From Planctomycetota bacterium (GTDB lineage: Bacteria; Planctomycetota; Phycisphaerae; Tepidisphaerales; Tepidisphaeraceae), in assembly GCA_026693085.1 (NCBI GenBank), contig JAPLNB010000316.1:21474-85473 (forward strand): a stretch of 64,000 bases of DNA, in the 5' to 3' direction. Under the pieces are notes generated by a model. That model was not told the DNA's origin and ran no database searches. It worked only from the letters and a program-made list of their open reading frames with translations. A program made the position numbers and the translations under genes. Shown here piece by piece: positions 63,640 through 64,000 of the stretch; within the stretch, counting starts at the first letter, position 1, and each line of letters begins with the position of its first letter.

Positions 63640-63905
63640 GACTTACCATCAAGTCAGAGAGCAAGACACTGGCCGTCGGCAAGATTGAAGCCCCGTTTGA
63701 GCTCAAGAAGGGTGAAGCGTTGAATCTGCGCCTCTTCCTGGACAAAGGCATGATCGAGGTGTTTGCCAACGACCGGCAGGCCGTCGTCTATATACAGGAA
63801 CACAAGATGGAGGATGCCGGCGTCAGCCTTTTCAGCAAGGGCGGATACGTCTTGACGAAGAAGGTCAAGGGGTGGAAGATGAAATCGATCTATGCTGGCA
63901 ACTGA
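63640..63905 (+). pseudogene. 3' fragment of a GH32-type glycoside hydrolase (C-terminal beta-sandwich only)
   Basis: 'KTLAVGKIEAPFELKKGEALNLRLFLDKGMIEVFANDRQAVVYIQEH...GVSLFSKGGYVLTKKVKGWKMKSIY' fits the GH32 C-terminal pattern 'L.ifvD.s.vEvF.ndG...'. No catalytic N-domain lies upstream; that space is occupied by the IS remnant. Confidence 0.45.
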
Positions 63906-63945
63906 CCACAGGATCCATTTCACACCAAAATCGTTGAGCATAGTC

Positions 63946-64000
63946 ATGAAACTCAGAACACTCAGCATCAAGCTGTTCCTTTTTTTCAGTCTCGTTGGTT
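63946..64000 (+). CDS. 5' end of an ORF with a signal-peptide-like start, running off the window
   Basis: ATG at 63946 gives 'MKLRTLSIKLFLFFSLVG'. Only 18 codons are visible. Confidence 0.25.
   Translation, partial: MKLRTLSIKLFLFFSLVG

Overview
All calls come from reading the supplied translations and sequence by eye; no searches or computations were run. This is a GC-rich bacterial chromosomal segment. The gene architectures (FGE-sulfatase fusions, a four-helix-bundle protein, giant multidomain ORFs) suggest a Planctomycetota-like lineage, but that is inference only.

The left ~8.4 kb is ordinary: a 5'-partial Wzc-like tyrosine autokinase, a lone nuoB, a four-helix-bundle protein, a membrane-anchored hypothetical, and a GAF histidine kinase with a REC-HDOD regulator.

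From 8.7 to 61.8 kb almost every gene is on the minus strand and forms one secretion island:
- A two-partner secretion pair: tpsB, plus a ~2.8-kaa tpsA with an embedded PbH1-type beta-helix and very recent internal duplications.
- A small ORF translationally coupled to a FliA/sigma-28-type sigma factor.
- A type VI secretion system in the Rhizobium/Agrobacterium 'imp' gene order, with all 13 core genes recognisable: tssA-B-C-C2-tagJ-E-F-G-clpV, hcp-vgrG, PAAR, tssJ-like, tssK-L-M-tagF.

The most unusual feature is the T6SS checkpoint module:
- TagF is fused through a Pro-rich linker and a TM helix to a ~820-aa ectodomain ending in an FGE-sulfatase-like fold.
- The PpkA slot holds a C-lobe-only pseudokinase (HGN and RAG in place of HRD and DFG) carrying a paralogous ectodomain.
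- The Fha slot holds a 283-aa protein with no FHA domain.
- No PP2C phosphatase is present.

Other notable points:
- tssF is split by a frame change near 42.9 kb.
- The vgrG-to-PAAR cargo block encodes LysM/PG-binding proteins without signal peptides and a metzincin-like HEXXH protein whose third zinc ligand is replaced.
- A clpV-hcp insert encodes a lipase-like hydrolase and a possible TNT-like toxin.
- The right edge is a rearrangement scar: an IS701-family transposase remnant with two in-frame TAG codons and a truncated GH32-like fragment.
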